Source: Nageia nagi (Eukaryota > Plantae > Pinophyta). Taken from it: a stretch of DNA of 64,000 nucleotides. The stretch spans positions 2,108,001-2,172,000 of the forward strand of contig JBITNC010000001.1 of assembly GCA_050084985.1 (NCBI GenBank). Direction: 5' to 3'. Shown piece after piece: positions 13,051-27,299 of this stretch; within the stretch, counting starts at the first letter, position 1; each line of letters opens with the position of its first letter. The notes under the pieces were generated by a model. The model was not told where the DNA came from and searched no databases. It worked only from the letters and a program-made list of their open reading frames with translations. Position numbers and translations under genes: made by a program.

Positions 13051-14149
13051 ATATCCCCAAAACTCATAAAATGCGATTTTTGTTAAAGTGTAATATTCCA
13101 AAGTTGAAATATCACTACTTAGGAATTTATATATATTTTTATATTTTTCTATCTAGCTCAATTCAAATTGGATCTACAAATTGAATAAGAAATAGAGCCA
13201 AAAATGAATTTTATTCTTCTAGAGCTAGGACATCCCAAATGGATAAGTACAATACTCAAGGAAAAATACCCAAATGCCCAAGAAGGGGGACATTTGCCCT
13301 CACAAGGTAGATTTGGATGATTTGGCCCTGTAAGTTCTTCAATCTCTTCTCCCTAATGCTGGATGAGCCTCCTCACACTGATTCAGCTAGTCTGGATCTA
13401 GGACATGCCTCCTCACACTATTTGGTAGGTTAGATCTAGATCTGGAATATGGCCATACTGACTGGATCTGGATCTACCCCACTGGTTGGATCTGGATCAG
13501 GGATGGAATAGTTCCACCACATTGGCTCGAACTATTCTAGTAACTCCACCTCACTGGCTCGAGCTACTCTAGTAACTCCACCTCATTGGCTTGAGCTACT
13601 ATCCTAGCTTAGGTAAGAACTCCTCCACACTGGCTCGAGCTCTCCCACTAAGCTAGCTAGAAAGCTGTAACTCCACTAGCTGCTAACCCCAGAAAGAGAT
13701 AAACTCTGATGATCTTCAAGCATGCCCCAAATGATGCATCCCATCTCCTTTTATAACAAGATCTCTCATACCTTGGAATCACCCAAAGTGCAACGTCCCT
13801 CTTCTGGTGTCTCGGGATGATAAATTAAATCATTTAGGGACCCAGGAAGCCCAACGTCCCACAATGGTTGCCTAGAGATGCCAAATTACAAGATCAATGG
13901 CTCATAAATGCAACGTCTGATTATGAGAGACTAATATTTCATTAATTACAAATAATTGAGCCAGATTAATTAAATAAAATCCAAGGGTGAGTGCCTCAAG
14001 GGTCTCTTTAGCCTTGGTTACAAAAATAAATGCAAAATATTAATAAAATACTCCTAAATTAATTTATTTTTGGTTTCTCCTCCTTTGCCATGAACGTCAC
14101 ACTCTAAGAGGAGAGAAAGTGGACATTTTACAAATTTAGGGACATTACA
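13047..14149 (-). mobile_element. Solo LTR (~1.1 kb) between the 238-bp repeats
   Basis: Termini (g)GTAATATCCCC...GGGACATTACA; TATAAAAGGAG on the minus strand near 13745-13756; internal ~32-bp repeats at 13510-13660. Confidence 0.75.
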
Positions 14150-14387
14150 TTTGATGATACAATAAGTGGTTGAACAATCTAAACATAGGATCAAATGATT
14201 CAAAAAATAGAGTCCATTTGACCTATCTATGAAGTCCAAACCAGAGGTAGCTTATCAACTTGCAGCACTCCTTAGTGAGCACTGAAAAGGTGTCATTCTA
14301 AGTAGCCCCAAAAATGGCTTTCAAAAAGATAATAAATGATGAGCTATGGACTTGAAACTTCACATGGAAATTGCATTTACAATGGTA
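14150..14387. repeat. 238-bp direct repeat, copy 2
   Basis: Matches 12813-13050. Confidence 0.95.
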
Positions 14388-15529
14388 TAGAGCCAAAAGA
14401 AAATGGATCTAAAAATGAAGATCAAATGACACATCAAAAAGATAAATCAAATAGCCAATTTTCACTGGGGTCAAAATTCGAGACCTGCATCCCTCAAATT
14501 CAAAACCAAAACAAATAGCTATTAAATGCAACAAAATTGGATGGAGACACTCAAAATGATATAAAAAGGCCATAAAAGACAAAGTTTGAAAAATGGATGA
14601 TAACTAATCATGTTTGCATGAATGCATGTCGAGGCACCACATGAAATAAAGTAGTGACTTAGGGCTAGTAGTAAATAGGAAAAATAATCAAAATGGACAA
14701 GACAAAAGTTACAAACACTAATACGTGTGATAGATAAAGTGAAAAAATAACAAAATTCAATGAGAAGAATCGAAAAGGTGTAAAAGTACAAGCAACAAAA
14801 AAAGCAAAAATGTTAAACACAAGATAAGGGAAATTAGCATCGGAGGAGGTCAAAATGCATTCCAATTCATCAAGAAGATAAGGGTTTCCCTCAAAATCCT
14901 TTATAGTCACAACCTATGGTTAGACCTCAAGGAATGAAAAAAAGGCAACCTAAAGTGGCTATGACCCAAGTGGTTGTCTCTTCATCAAGAACCATGGATG
15001 GGATAATATGACAAGATGTGCAAATGGATATATAGTAATTTTAGTTATACGATATAGGATAAGAAGTAACAAAATATTGATTAAAATATTCTAGGAGCAT
15101 AAGGGATTAATTTCCATGCATGTACATGAATGTACTAGCTTGCTAGGATTCAAAGATAATGTTTAATGACCAACCTAGAGGAAGACTATAATTGATACCA
15201 ATAAACAGTAAGATAAGACAAAGGACAAAATACAAGATGCGAGGTGTTGAGAACTGAGTGACTATGGTCCTACCCTACAGTACACATAGTGCAAAATCAT
15301 GATAGAAGGGATAGGCTCAAGAATCGAATCCTGATGAGGTGATTCAAAACAACAAAGAGGTGAGAAACTCAAAGTGATACAACACTTCGAGAGGAAGACA
15401 AGTACCTACATGTAAGGCACAATCCTCCTATTCGAGATAGATGAGAAGATAAAAGACAAACAAGAGAAAGGATGAGCATAAGAATAAAAGATGAAAAATA
15501 ATAACATGAAGCAAAAACAACTATGGATC

Positions 15530-18500
15530 AAGCATGAAAAAGATGAAGATTGAATAATATTGATATGCTCAAGCTCTTCCCTTCCTTCCAAATTAGTGAG
15601 ATGATACATACTAAGGCCAATCTTGCACTTAATGATAAAGGGGCCAAGCTTATTAGAGGAAAACTCATCCCTAAGAGGACTCTTGAGATGGGACTATTAT
15701 TGGTTTTTTTAACCATAAGATCCCCAACTTGAAACTCATGAAGTTGGACCTTCTTGTTAAATGCTCACTTAAGATGTTCTTGATAAATTTTGTGATGCTC
15801 AATCACATATGATACGCCTCTCATCGAGCAAAGTAAGTTAGTTCCAACTAGGCTTGATGGGCTTCCTCATCAAGGATGAAGTCCTTGAGCAACACATGTA
15901 TGGAGGGATCTCAAGCTCAAGAGGCATGATAGCCTTATCACATATACGAGAGAGAAGAGAGTAGTAGTTGTGGGCATTCAAATGCTAGTACGATATGCCC
16001 AAAGGTGTACAAAAGACACTCATGCAAATTGCGATGATTATCATCAACCATTTTCTTGAGAATCATGATAATCATCTTGTTTGAGGCCTCAGCTTGATCA
16101 TTACCTTGGGGGTAATAATGTGTGGAGAAAGATTGCTTGATATGATATCAATTACACTTTCTTCTCATATGTTGATTTTAAAATAAATACCATTATTGGT
16201 AATGATCCTTGCAGGAATACCAAATCAACATATGATATGAGTCTCTATGAAGGATAGGATCTTAGGACCCATAGTAGAGACTAAGGGAATCACCTCTACC
16301 CACCTGGAAAGGTACTCAGTGGCAATGATAATGAACTTATGATCACCAAATGAAGGAGGAACAAATTGATCAATGAGATCGAATCCCCATTGGGCAAAAG
16401 GCCACATGACCTAGATCAATTGGAGAGGTTGGGAAGGCACATGCCGAATATGGGCATGCTACTAACACTTAACAATTTCCTAGCATAGTCATTACAATCA
16501 TGTTCCATGGTACGCCAATAGCAACCCATCCATAGGATACGTTTAGCGAATAGTTATGCCATTAAAGTGTCTACCACAAATGCCATCATGATAATTTGAC
16601 ATGGTAATTTGCTAATCATAAAGCTCGAGACAATGAAGGAGGATTCTATCAAAATATCTCTTATAGATAATATCCCATAAAATCTTAAATCAGTAGCATA
16701 ATGCTTGAAAACACGTTTCTCATTGGGCAACATAGCAAGAGGCAAGGCATTCCACTTGAGGTACTCATGAAGTTTATTGTACCATAAGTCTCGATACTTG
16801 ACTAAAATCTCATTGACATTAGCTTCAATGAAAAGGAAGGGCAAGGTGACTTAAGGGATGACTCTTTAATAGTCACAATTTCCATGTGTTGGATATGTCG
16901 ATGTGGGTTAGGTGGAATTAGTGACCCCAAAGAACCATGGTATCCGTAAATCTGATTGGAAGATTGAGGGGTTGACTTGATCTTATAGGCCTTAGAGAAC
17001 TTAAGGAGTCTAAAGCTTCCTTTCTATAGGATTTAAGGAGTTCATTATGGCATTGATAAAATTCCAATACTTGGTTGATGACTAGGAGAGAGTCATCGTA
17101 AATCATGAGTCTCTCACATTAAGGGTTATGGTAGTCTTAAGACTAGGATCAAGGCTTCATACTCTGCATTGTTATTAGTACAAGGGAAGCCATTTTGAAA
17201 TACTAAGGGATAGGACACCCTAAGGAGTGAAGAACAAGACCCCCATGCCACCCCCTTGCTCACACTTAGATATGATTAAGCATGAATATCATAATTTCTT
17301 GGCTACAAAGATAATGGTAAGGCAAAGACTCTTTATATAGATATACCTAAGCTGATAATCAACAAGGGTACGACTAAGGTAATAGATAGCTTGATCTTTG
17401 CCTAATCATTCTTTTGAGCAAGCATGACCACTAAGTAAAATTGGTTGCTAAAAGATACAAACAAAAGGAACATCATCCTTAGGGGGGATTAAGATGGGGG
17501 GAGTGGTGAGGTAGTGCTTGATATCATTAATAGCTTATTGAAAACTTCTTATTCCACTCAAAGACCACACCCTTTTTAAGAGCTCATTAAAAGGATGACA
17601 CTTATCTAAAATCTAAACTATAAAGGATGAATGGATTAGATCTTGCCTTAAAACTCCTCAAGGTCTTAAGATTTTACAGAGGAGGCAATATAAAATAGCC
17701 TTGACCTTTTTGTGATCAATCTTAATACCTCACTCAGACATGATGAAACCTAGAAGCTTACTCGATAGGACATTGAAAACACACTTTTTAGGGTTCAACC
17801 TAATGTTATGCTTGAGAAGATAATTAAAGACCTTATGAAGGAATTTCCATGTTCCTCGCATGTCTTGTATTTGACTAAGATATCATCAAGATAGTATTCC
17901 ATAATATCATGCATCATATCATGGAATTTATAATTCATGGCTCTTTGATAGGTAGCCCCAACATTCTTGAGATGAAGGGCATACATGGTAACAATACATC
18001 CCTAAGGGTGTCATGAAAGATTTCTTGTATTGATCATCACATTCACCTAAATCTAGTTATAACCTAAAAACCTATCCATAAGGGACAACATCTCATACCT
18101 TATTGTATTATCAACTAGGATATCAATGTTAGGTAATGGGAATTCATCCTTAGGACAAGCCTTGTTAAGGGTTTCATAGAAATCCATGCAAATATGGATA
18201 CGACCATCAGATCCATTTACAAGAACCATATTAGAGACCCACTTAGGGTAATCAATAGATTCAATGAAGCGAGCTTGCAAGAGCTTTTGAAGCTCATCCT
18301 TGATCAAGAGAGATTGGGTGAGGTTAAACTTCCTAGGCTTTTTCTTGATTGGTTTGGCATCAGGTAGGTTACAATGTTATGCATGACAAGGTTAGGATCT
18401 AAACCCAACATATCAGTGTAACCAAAAGCAAATATCTTACGATACTCAACCAAGATGGACATGGCCAAATTTCACTCAAATTCATTTAAAATATCACTAA

Positions 18501-21500
18501 TGTGAATGATCTTAGGATCTTCAAGATCATCACTAATATCAATCTCTATAAGGCCACCCACATGCATATGGGACCCTTCTTCAAGTTATTTAAGGATGGA
18601 AAGGTATGAGCAATCATATTCAATAGGATCAGGACTGGAAGACATAAAACATGAGAAAGATGCTTCATCAAAAGACCAACAGAAGGAAAATAAACTTCAC
18701 ATGGTGACAAGAAGCTTGATGGTGACATGGAGAAATCCATGGAGTCAGGACTGATAGCAATCAAAGAATCACCATTAAGAGGATGATAAACAAGATCAAG
18801 TTTATAAAGAGAAACCTTATTGATAGAAACAACCAAGCTAAAGAAAAATAATCATTAAAGAAGTCAAATAGGATGGAAAAATCAAACAAGATAGGACTAT
18901 AATGATGAAAATAAAGACCAACATCATCAACATCAAAAGATTGATCATGAATGTTAAGATTGGAAAAACTCTTCCTCAACTACTGAAGTTTTGGGATAGT
19001 TGAAACCAAGGCACCTCTTATCATGACCAACTTGAAAATTTTCTTGGAAGGCATGGAAAGTGCCTTATTCAAATTTTCCCAACCCATAACCTTGCCATTT
19101 ACAAAATTGAAAATATTGATAGATAAAATCAAGACATGACAAGTAATCAATCTTAGCACAAAACCTCTATTTTAAATGATGGTTGAGAGGGACATTAGAT
19201 GATGGATAAACACTAGCATAAATAAAACAAGGACTATTTGGATCTCAACCTAAAGGAATAATAGATCCAATGGAATGGATGCATCCTAAGGTCAATTGAA
19301 AATCCTTAACTAACTCAACATGATGAGACATGTCCTCAATCTGATATTCCCAAAGATTAAGGTTAGAATATTGCACCAAAATAGAATAAGGATTAGAATC
19401 ATCATAGTCATCATCCTCATCCTAAATGGTATGGTCAAAAGTGGAAGCATGACACTCCTCTAGGGAAGGTCAAAGTGGCACATCTGATGGTTGATATAGG
19501 TCAATGTGGGAGAACCTGATTATAAGATTAAGGTTGGATCGACTTAGGTTGATGCTTCTTGACATGAGGCACAAAACCTAATGATTTAATGAAGAATACT
19601 CATCTTGAGACTTACCATTGGGATGCATATGAGGGGATACATCTAAGGAAAGCATAGACATAGGAGGTTGCAACCCAAGAGATGGATTAGTACAAGGATG
19701 CAAATATTAGGGAGCTTATGAACTTGAAGATGCTTGGTTAAGGTTATTATTTACAAGGATGGTGATGAAAAATAAACTTAGCATAGAAAATGGATTTCCA
19801 GCTTGAATAAGGTTTCAATGGATAAAAGGGGTCAATTCCACTAGAATACAATGGGTCTTCCATCATAAAAATACTTAAAGCAACCATGTCTCGAAGAAGA
19901 AACACCATCCATATCATCAATCCAAGGTTGACTCAAAAGCATGTTATACTGCATCTCACCCTCAACATGGTAGGGCATAGGAACTGATCTAATGCAACCT
20001 TGATGGGGATCATGATTACTCCTAGAGTAATGGATAAGGAATTATCGAATGTCCCTAATGGCTAGAGTGGGAGCACTCAAGTAAGATAAGCAAATACCAA
20101 GTCTCAAAAGTGCTACTATAATATCATGTTTATAGTTGACCCATCATCAATCATAACTCTCTTAACTCCTTTCCCATCTATGCATTCAATAATATATATA
20201 GTTGGATGTTTCTTAGATGACCCAAGAGTGTCATATGTCTCATCCATATAGAAAGTGATAAAACGCCTTATATAATCTTGAATTGTAGCACAAAAATCAC
20301 TCAAGGGACTAGGATCATCATTGGATAGCTCAATGGTCCTAAGTATGTCATTTAAACCATCCTGATGAGCCTTAGATTTTGAATAAATCCCATAAGGATA
20401 ACTTAGTAGGAGTTAATCTCAACTACTTTCTAGCTGATTCTAAATTATAATAGTTGATCGAGAAGGTTGGGATAAAACCTAGATATTCACTAGCTATGTA
20501 GGCTACCATAATGCTCTAGTATCTTGAGGGAGTGGTGCTCTTTCACCTCTCTCCCTGTACGGGTAGCACATAGACTAGTTCGATGCCCATCATACCAATA
20601 AACTTGATGGTAAAGACCATCATGTATGACTTGTCTCAAGGTTTAGGCATGGTAGTTACTTGGTTCACATTGGGAATATGCCCTGGCAAAGGATTTTGAT
20701 ACACCCCCAAATCTCTATTAGGTTGAGCTTGTGGGGCTCCTGTGGAAACATGACTATCATCAATTAATCTCTAAATGTTGGATCTCAAATTCTGATACTT
20801 ATTTGTAGCATGGCCTTGTTAGTGATGGAAAGCATAAAACTCATCTTATTATATCATTACGAGCAAGAACCATTAGGGTCTAATTGTTACCTTAAGAAGT
20901 GTAACTAGTTTTGCATCTATAAGCTTATTAAGTATGTCCTCTATGGGATCCACTAATGGTGTCCAATTTCTCTACTTCTACTAAGGCTTCCTAGGTGGTC
21001 TAGGAGGTCTTACCTGATTATTACTTGATTAGCTTGATTACCTGATTGTACTATCCTTGATCTAGCTGTTGATATTGATTCCTTGGCTGATGATTTCTTT
21101 GTCTAGGAGGAGCCAATTAAAGGATTGGTTGTGCTTGATTAATCGCATATGTAACTTGATTTGCTTATGGTCTAGTGTGGGCTGGGTTAGGATTACCATC
21201 ATTATTGTGATTCTTTTGAGCATTATTGTTATTATCCTTATTTTTAAGCTTGATATCTCCTTCTTGAATCTTCACTTCTTCAATGATTTTGGCTTAAGCT
21301 AAAGCATGTTAAAAGGTAAGGTGCCTTTGGATTTGTAAGATAGAAGAGATATGTTTATTGCATATCCTAGATAATAACTTAACCAACTCCTCTTGGGACA
21401 AGCTATAAGGCATGTTGGTTACAACAACTCTCCAACAAGACACATAATCTAATATGGCTTCATCATCAAATTGGTATAATTTACTCAATTTTGTAATGGA

Positions 21501-23300
21501 AGCTCTCTTTCTTATGTTTATCCTAAAATGATCTAAGAACTGATTGGCCAACTACTCAAAAGAAAAGATGTTAGGCTACATTAAGTTGTTGTACCAATCT
21601 AGGGCTTGCCCACCAAATTCATAGGAAAGGTCCTCAACATAAGGATATCATCACCGGCTATGATATAATAGGAATACTTGAAGTGCCATATACCTCTCTA
21701 AGATCTTTTTTCTCTTTGAACTTCTCCATCTTTGTAGCCTCAAACTTGTATGGAATGTCCTTCATAGGAAATGATGGATGGATAGGTTCATTACAAATGC
21801 CCCTATAAGACAACTTAGATTTGCCTTGATTATTTAACCTTTCTCCATCTATTATAATTTCTTAAGGATCTCATAACAGGGGTAGATGAAGGAAAGGTTC
21901 CAACAACCTGATAGCTTGGAGCCTAATAAGAATTTGTTTCTTTTTGTTTCCCTTGAGGTTGGTAAAATGGTTATGTAGGGGCAACATTTACTTGTTGGGT
22001 ATGGTGGGGTTGGACTACAAACCCTTATGCCACTTGGTTATGCACACCTTGTGGCTAAAATTGAGGTTGTCCAAGGGATGGTCCTTGGTCTTGTTGAAAA
22101 GATTGGAATATTTATGCATAGAAGTAAGCTCCTAAGGTTTAGTACCAACATATGCTTGCATATGATTTGGATGTTTTGAAGTAGCATATGGAGTTAGGAT
22201 AACTTGAAAGGAGGAGCTTGAGACACAACACCAATGTGCACCCTAGGTTGAGAAACTTCGGTTGCCACATAGGGTATAACAATCACTTGAGGATTAGGAT
22301 TGATAAAGTTGATAGGTGCTATAAGCTCTTATTGTTAATATAAATAAGTTGTGTCAACCATAGCAACTTTGGGAGGGGTTACAATCCTTAAGACTTATGG
22401 ATTAACACTTACCTCTTGCTTATGTGAGGGCCCACAAATTGTGCAAATCGTTTAGCTTTTTGAAGCCTATACCATTCCTCGAACATTTGGGATATCTCCT
22501 CATCATCATGGTGAGGATCACTTGATGGTATTAGAGTGGGGGATGGGTTCAATTTATGTCCATGAAGATTGAACCAAAGGGTCGCGTGAGAGATTAATGG
22601 AGCTTAGGCAAGGCTAATGAAACTTTTTAGGCTTGACCATAAGGCCAAGGAGGAGGAACAATAGTAGGTAGGTTTTACTTTCCATATCATCTTAAGAGAA
22701 GCTTATGGGCTCACATTTTGTAAACCAAGTAGTAGGAGAATCAAGAGGATCATAGAGTGGAGACTCAATGGAAGAAGAAGGTATGTGGGATAATGGAGGA
22801 TTCCATATGGCAGGATCATGGTGGTGAATGATACTATATGAATCAAGAAGGGTAGACATGTTTGGGTTATGAAATGAAGTTCCCATAGTGACAACATGGG
22901 ATAAAAAGGAGGAGGTAAAGTTTGTGACACCCCTATCTCCTCTTCTAAAGAAGGTGACAAATTGGTGTAGGGTTAGCTATCCATGTTAGCAACATGGGGA
23001 GATGGGGGCCTAAAACTCAAAGGTTGTTTGGCCCTAAATTGATGGAAAAGACCTTGGTATGAGGATTACTCAAGAAGAGTTTCTCCTTGGTTGGAGGGTC
23101 ATATGAATACTTCCACATGATGTGGAGAGCTAGCTTTACCAAATAAGGGATTCTTACATAGAATTACGTGCAAATCTTTACGAAATTGTAAATCCTCATG
23201 ATGGGAAGAGATAGAAACATGTAAAGGTGGAGAAGATGTAATATGAGAGGGTTGGGTCATATGAATTGAAAAGGTTTGAGACATGGAGGGTGAAGGTGGT
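15530..23300 (-). pseudogene. Ogre-like gag-pol remnants
   Basis: Gag ANQFLDHF..LYQFDDEAILDYVSCW; PR VKRVMIDDGSTIN; G-patch WQGYGLGKFE*G..DKRCLGF; RT LNKACPKDEFPLPNID and YYLDDILVK; aRH PCTNNNAEYEAL and IYDDSLLVINQV; INT WPFAQWGFDLI..ATEYLSRWVE. Boundaries approximate. Confidence 0.9.
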
Positions 23301-24878
23301 TGATAAGGTGGATTGGATTGAGAAGACCTAGTTTGTCTAGCTTTAAATTTTACTCTTTTTCAATTGTATTATGTGGATCACCTTCCATTCTAAGAGCACA
23401 AACAAGGATTTAAACCAACAAAGGGCATAAAGTAAAGTATCCCAATGGTGCCACACAAGTGGAAGAAAAGAAACACAAAGCCTAGAATGTTGTTAAGCTC
23501 TTCTTAGTGGATGCAAAAATTAAGGCACATAACCCTAATATGATATCAAAACATCTTTCCTATATGCAAGATAGCAATAGTGTGGAAAATAGCAATGGTA
23601 ATTATATTATCTAATCACTTATTGTTCAATTAGGAAGATTATATTTTTAATGAGACCAAATTTTAAGCAACTTGTAAATTCTAACTCTTATTAGTTTCCC
23701 TAAAGATGAATCTAATCAAGCATTTTTTAGATAAGGATCAATCTCTAGGGGTGTAGATCATTTTACAAGGGTTCTCAAGTACCTCTATTTATTGCTTTCC
23801 AAATAGAGGGGGGATCCCACCTTGGTGATGAAATCCAAGTATGGGTTAGGCCGTGGTGAGGAAGTCCACATACCAAAGATACTCCCTAGGCTTGTGCAAC
23901 TTTAAAATGCATGTATGATAAAGAAAATATGAAATGGAACTATATGTGTGCAAAATGAAACTAAACCTTTCCAATATTTGCCTTTTTCTTTTAAAATGAA
24001 AAACAATTTCAAAATAAATGCACTTGCACCCAAGGATGATTTTAATATAACTAATGCAAGTATGAGGACAAAATGAAATAGATTTCATTTTTCTTTTAAT
24101 TTTCATTTCTTTTTCTTTACTTAATGAAATAAGAACAAAATTAAACAAGATAAAATCCTAAAAATGCACCTAGCACATAAGTCCTAACTTGAAGCACAAC
24201 AAAAGAGGGGTACTAGCCTAGGAAACTCTAGCTCCAAGCTCGCAGCATGTAGAAAACCTATGTTACAAACTTTGAACATAATCGATCCTCTGAGATCCAA
24301 TTAGAAGTACCAATTGATGGGTTGATCAATCAATTGGCTAACCGATCATAGTAGTACCCAAATAAATTAAAAAAAAATTAATTAAATGCATCAACCAAGC
24401 ATTAAAAGGTACAACCTAGTAACTAAAATGCTAGTAGAGGACTACTACCACCTAATTATAAGGTTGAAAATCTATGACACTTTCAAAAAATGAGAAAAAA
24501 TTAGCTCAAAAATCTAAAAACTCTAATTAGGTACCATTAATATCAGCTAAAAAGAGCAATCGATGAGGTGAGGGTCAACCAATAGCTTAAACATCCAAAA
24601 CCCTAATCAATTTGTTGAAAGTTGGTCAAGTTTATCAACCGATCTGCAAGGAATGACTACCACTCTATTGATTTTTGTACTTCAAAAATTTTAGAGATTC
24701 ATATGAGATAGGTTAGGAATGTTCCCTAAAAATAAAGGTCCAAGTTGGTACACTGAGATATTTGAAAAACTTGGAAGAAAGGGTCAAAGATAATAAATAC
24801 AATAATAAGAAAAGGGATAAAAAACCCTTATAGTTTTGAAGATCTTTGACCAAGGAAGGTCCACCATTGATTCCAAAT

Positions 24879-26020
24879 TGTAAACCCTTTGAAAAGGGAG
24901 ACCCCACACTAGGGGTCCCTCCCCTCTAAGAAGGACCTACTTTGCAAAGTCTAAAACATTGCTTGAAAATGTGATTAGATAAATGGTGAATAAATGAAAA
25001 TAAAGGGGGAGATAAGGTTTAGAGTATTTTATTTTTCCTTGTGTGATACCCACAACCTCAAATAACCTATCAATAGAAAAAAAAGAGGCTTGTAAGTCCT
25101 AAGTCCTTAGGACCCTAGGACCATGCAAAGAGAGCTAATGAGCTTGTAAGCCACCCACCTTGAATCAACAAGGCAAATGAAGATGAAATAATGCCTATAA
25201 TGCAAGCTAACTTAAGATTAAAATAGATTAACAAGCATAAAATAAACTAAATTATCCTAGCCTAAATCCACAAGGGACTAGCCTAAAATAGCTAGTACCA
25301 ACCATGCATAAAAATAAATTATAAAATGCCAAAGGATATATATATGATCAACCTCCTTTTGTGTCTCCTCAAGATCTTGCAAAAACACTCAAAAGAATCA
25401 TTAGATCCACAAAAACAAAGGCTAGGAATGTGTTACCTGAGGTTCCTTTGCAAGAAGAGGACAAGAATCCACTTTTTGTTGCTTTAGAAGTGATGGGTAT
25501 AGCTCCAAGTGAGAGAATCTTGGCCAAAAGCTCAAAAAGACAGTTCCAAGTGGACATGGATAGCAATAAGTCATGAGTTTTTTATTGCAAGAGTGAATGG
25601 AAGGAGATGGAAACTCTAATTTTGAAATGACATTTATATAGGTTTAGATAGTGGGTCGATTAGGGTTTTAACCTAATTGATGGGCCAATCATGATCAAGG
25701 TCACAAAGTGGTAACAAAGGCTCAAGCTACCAAAATAGACTACATGAATGGGATCAAAACAAGATGAAGTGCTGATTGGTCACAAAGAACTACAAAATAA
25801 GTGAAATCATCATGAATCACCTAAGTTATATGAATAAACAATTTTAAGGTGTTTATGCTTGTTGCTAGATTTGAATTTGGGCTTTTAGAACTGGCTACCT
25901 ATTAGCCCATGTATCTCATGAGATCAATTGTAATATCTTCTAAGGAAAGGCTATGTAAAAGGTTAGGATTCCTTTAAAAAATCCATCCTCTAATCTAAGA
26001 AAAAAAACTAGGGGAATACA
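24879..26020 (-). repeat. 5' LTR of the Ogre-like element
   Basis: TGTA...TACA termini; TATATAAAT on the minus strand near 25632-25640; TGG-initiated PBS-like tract (24861-24875) 3 nt from the end. A LINE frame starts exactly at 26021. Confidence 0.65.
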
Positions 26021-26329
26021 TTTATCCCAAAGTTGGGGTATCCATAGTACATTTCTAATTTTAGGTTGATAAACTTGTTAAACATGAGCTATAAAATCAT
26101 AACTAAAGCCCAACTTACATATTCATCTTTGCTTCTTTTAGTGATCAAGCCAAAGTAGATAGGTTTTATTCATAGCTATTTTATTTTGAATAATATTTTG
26201 ATTGTGTGGAAATATATGGAGTGAGCCCATTTATAAAACCAACCATGTTTATTCATAAAAATAGAATTTGAGAAGGCTTATAATAAAATTTAATGATACT
26301 TCATTATAGCCATGCTCAAATCCCTTGGC
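26021..26329 (+). pseudogene. L1-type LINE reverse transcriptase fragment
   Basis: FIPKLGYP*YISNFRLINLLNMSYKIITKA..GFI..ILNNILIVWKYME*..FIKIEFEKAYNKI matches the L1 RT LIPK / RPISLLN..YK / KLDFEKAYD pattern. Confidence 0.85.
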
Positions 26330-26358
26330 TATATATATATATATGTATGTATGTATAT
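26330..26358. repeat. (TA)n(TGTA)n microsatellite where the LINE fragment ends
   Basis: Seen directly. Confidence 0.9.
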
Positions 26359-27299
26359 TGAGTAGAAAAGTGGGTTTTGAAAGGCACTCGTAAAACTTTT
26401 AGAATCTTCATGAAAAACCCCCAAAGTTTTGAGAGGAACTTATCAACCCTATTAATTTTTAACAACACCCAAAGTTTGGATAAAAAACTCTTAGCAAGTC
26501 ATTCTATATTCAATGATAAAGCTCAAAATATTCAAAGAGGAGTATCACTTATGTAGATGGGTCTCTAAGTAATCTACCCTTCACATAAGGCATATACAAA
26601 GAACATTCTTGAAAAATAATGGTATTGAAGACCATAGAGGACTCATATCCATAAATGGGCTAGGAAGAGGAGACCCTCCTACTGCATTCCTTCCTCCACT
26701 TAGATATTTTAAAAAAAATAACACAAAGTATTATACAAGTATAAGAGTAATAAACTAGAATGCCCTCATTTATAAATTAATAAAAACCAAGGAAAAATTG
26801 AATCTTCTTAATCTCACACTACCAAGGATTTCAATGGATGAGGCACCAACCACCTATAAGTCCAGAAGTTCATTTAGGCTCTTTATTATGCCTATTTTAC
26901 TATCGATGAGGTACAAAGGCACTATTCCAATCAATTCCTTCCATATCCAATATCAGAAGGGGGCAACCCTAGCACATAAGTCCTTTCCCATTCACCTTGA
27001 TTTGATCCATAACCTACAAGATTAAATTTGCATCGATATATACCCTTCCACTCCTCTGCCATGTCCTAAAGATCCACCATCCAAGTATTAACCAACACTA
27101 ACACCTCTTAGGGTTTCCTCCATAGGGTCTCCTTTATAAGAATCAATCGATAACTTCTTATGGCATACAAAGCCCCTTCCCCCACCTTATATTGAATAAC
27201 TTATATACAAATGCCAACCAATACTAACATCCATTAGGGTTTCCCTCATAGGTTTCCTATTGGGATCTCCAACCTGTTCTACACCTTCTTCACTCCAAC

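Larger units (their letters stand above)
12346..26020 (-). mobile_element. Ogre-like Ty3/gypsy LTR retrotransposon, degenerate; 3' LTR not in the window
   Basis: Minus-strand order LTR, PBS-like site, long 5' UTR, Pro-rich gag, PR, G-patch, RT, RH, archaeal-type RH, INT, long 3' UTR. Confidence 0.85.

Noticed and set aside
12813-14400. TRIM with 238-bp terminal repeats (TTACA followed by PBS-like TGGTATAGAGCC at 14383)
   Set aside because: The PBS-like motif follows the second copy, there is no PPT or TSD, and the middle has its own LTR termini. Kept only as an alternative explanation.
26817-26829. CACTACCAAGGAT as the left TIR of the CACTA element
   Set aside because: Poor match to the right TIR and no 3-bp TSD (TCA vs TTT).
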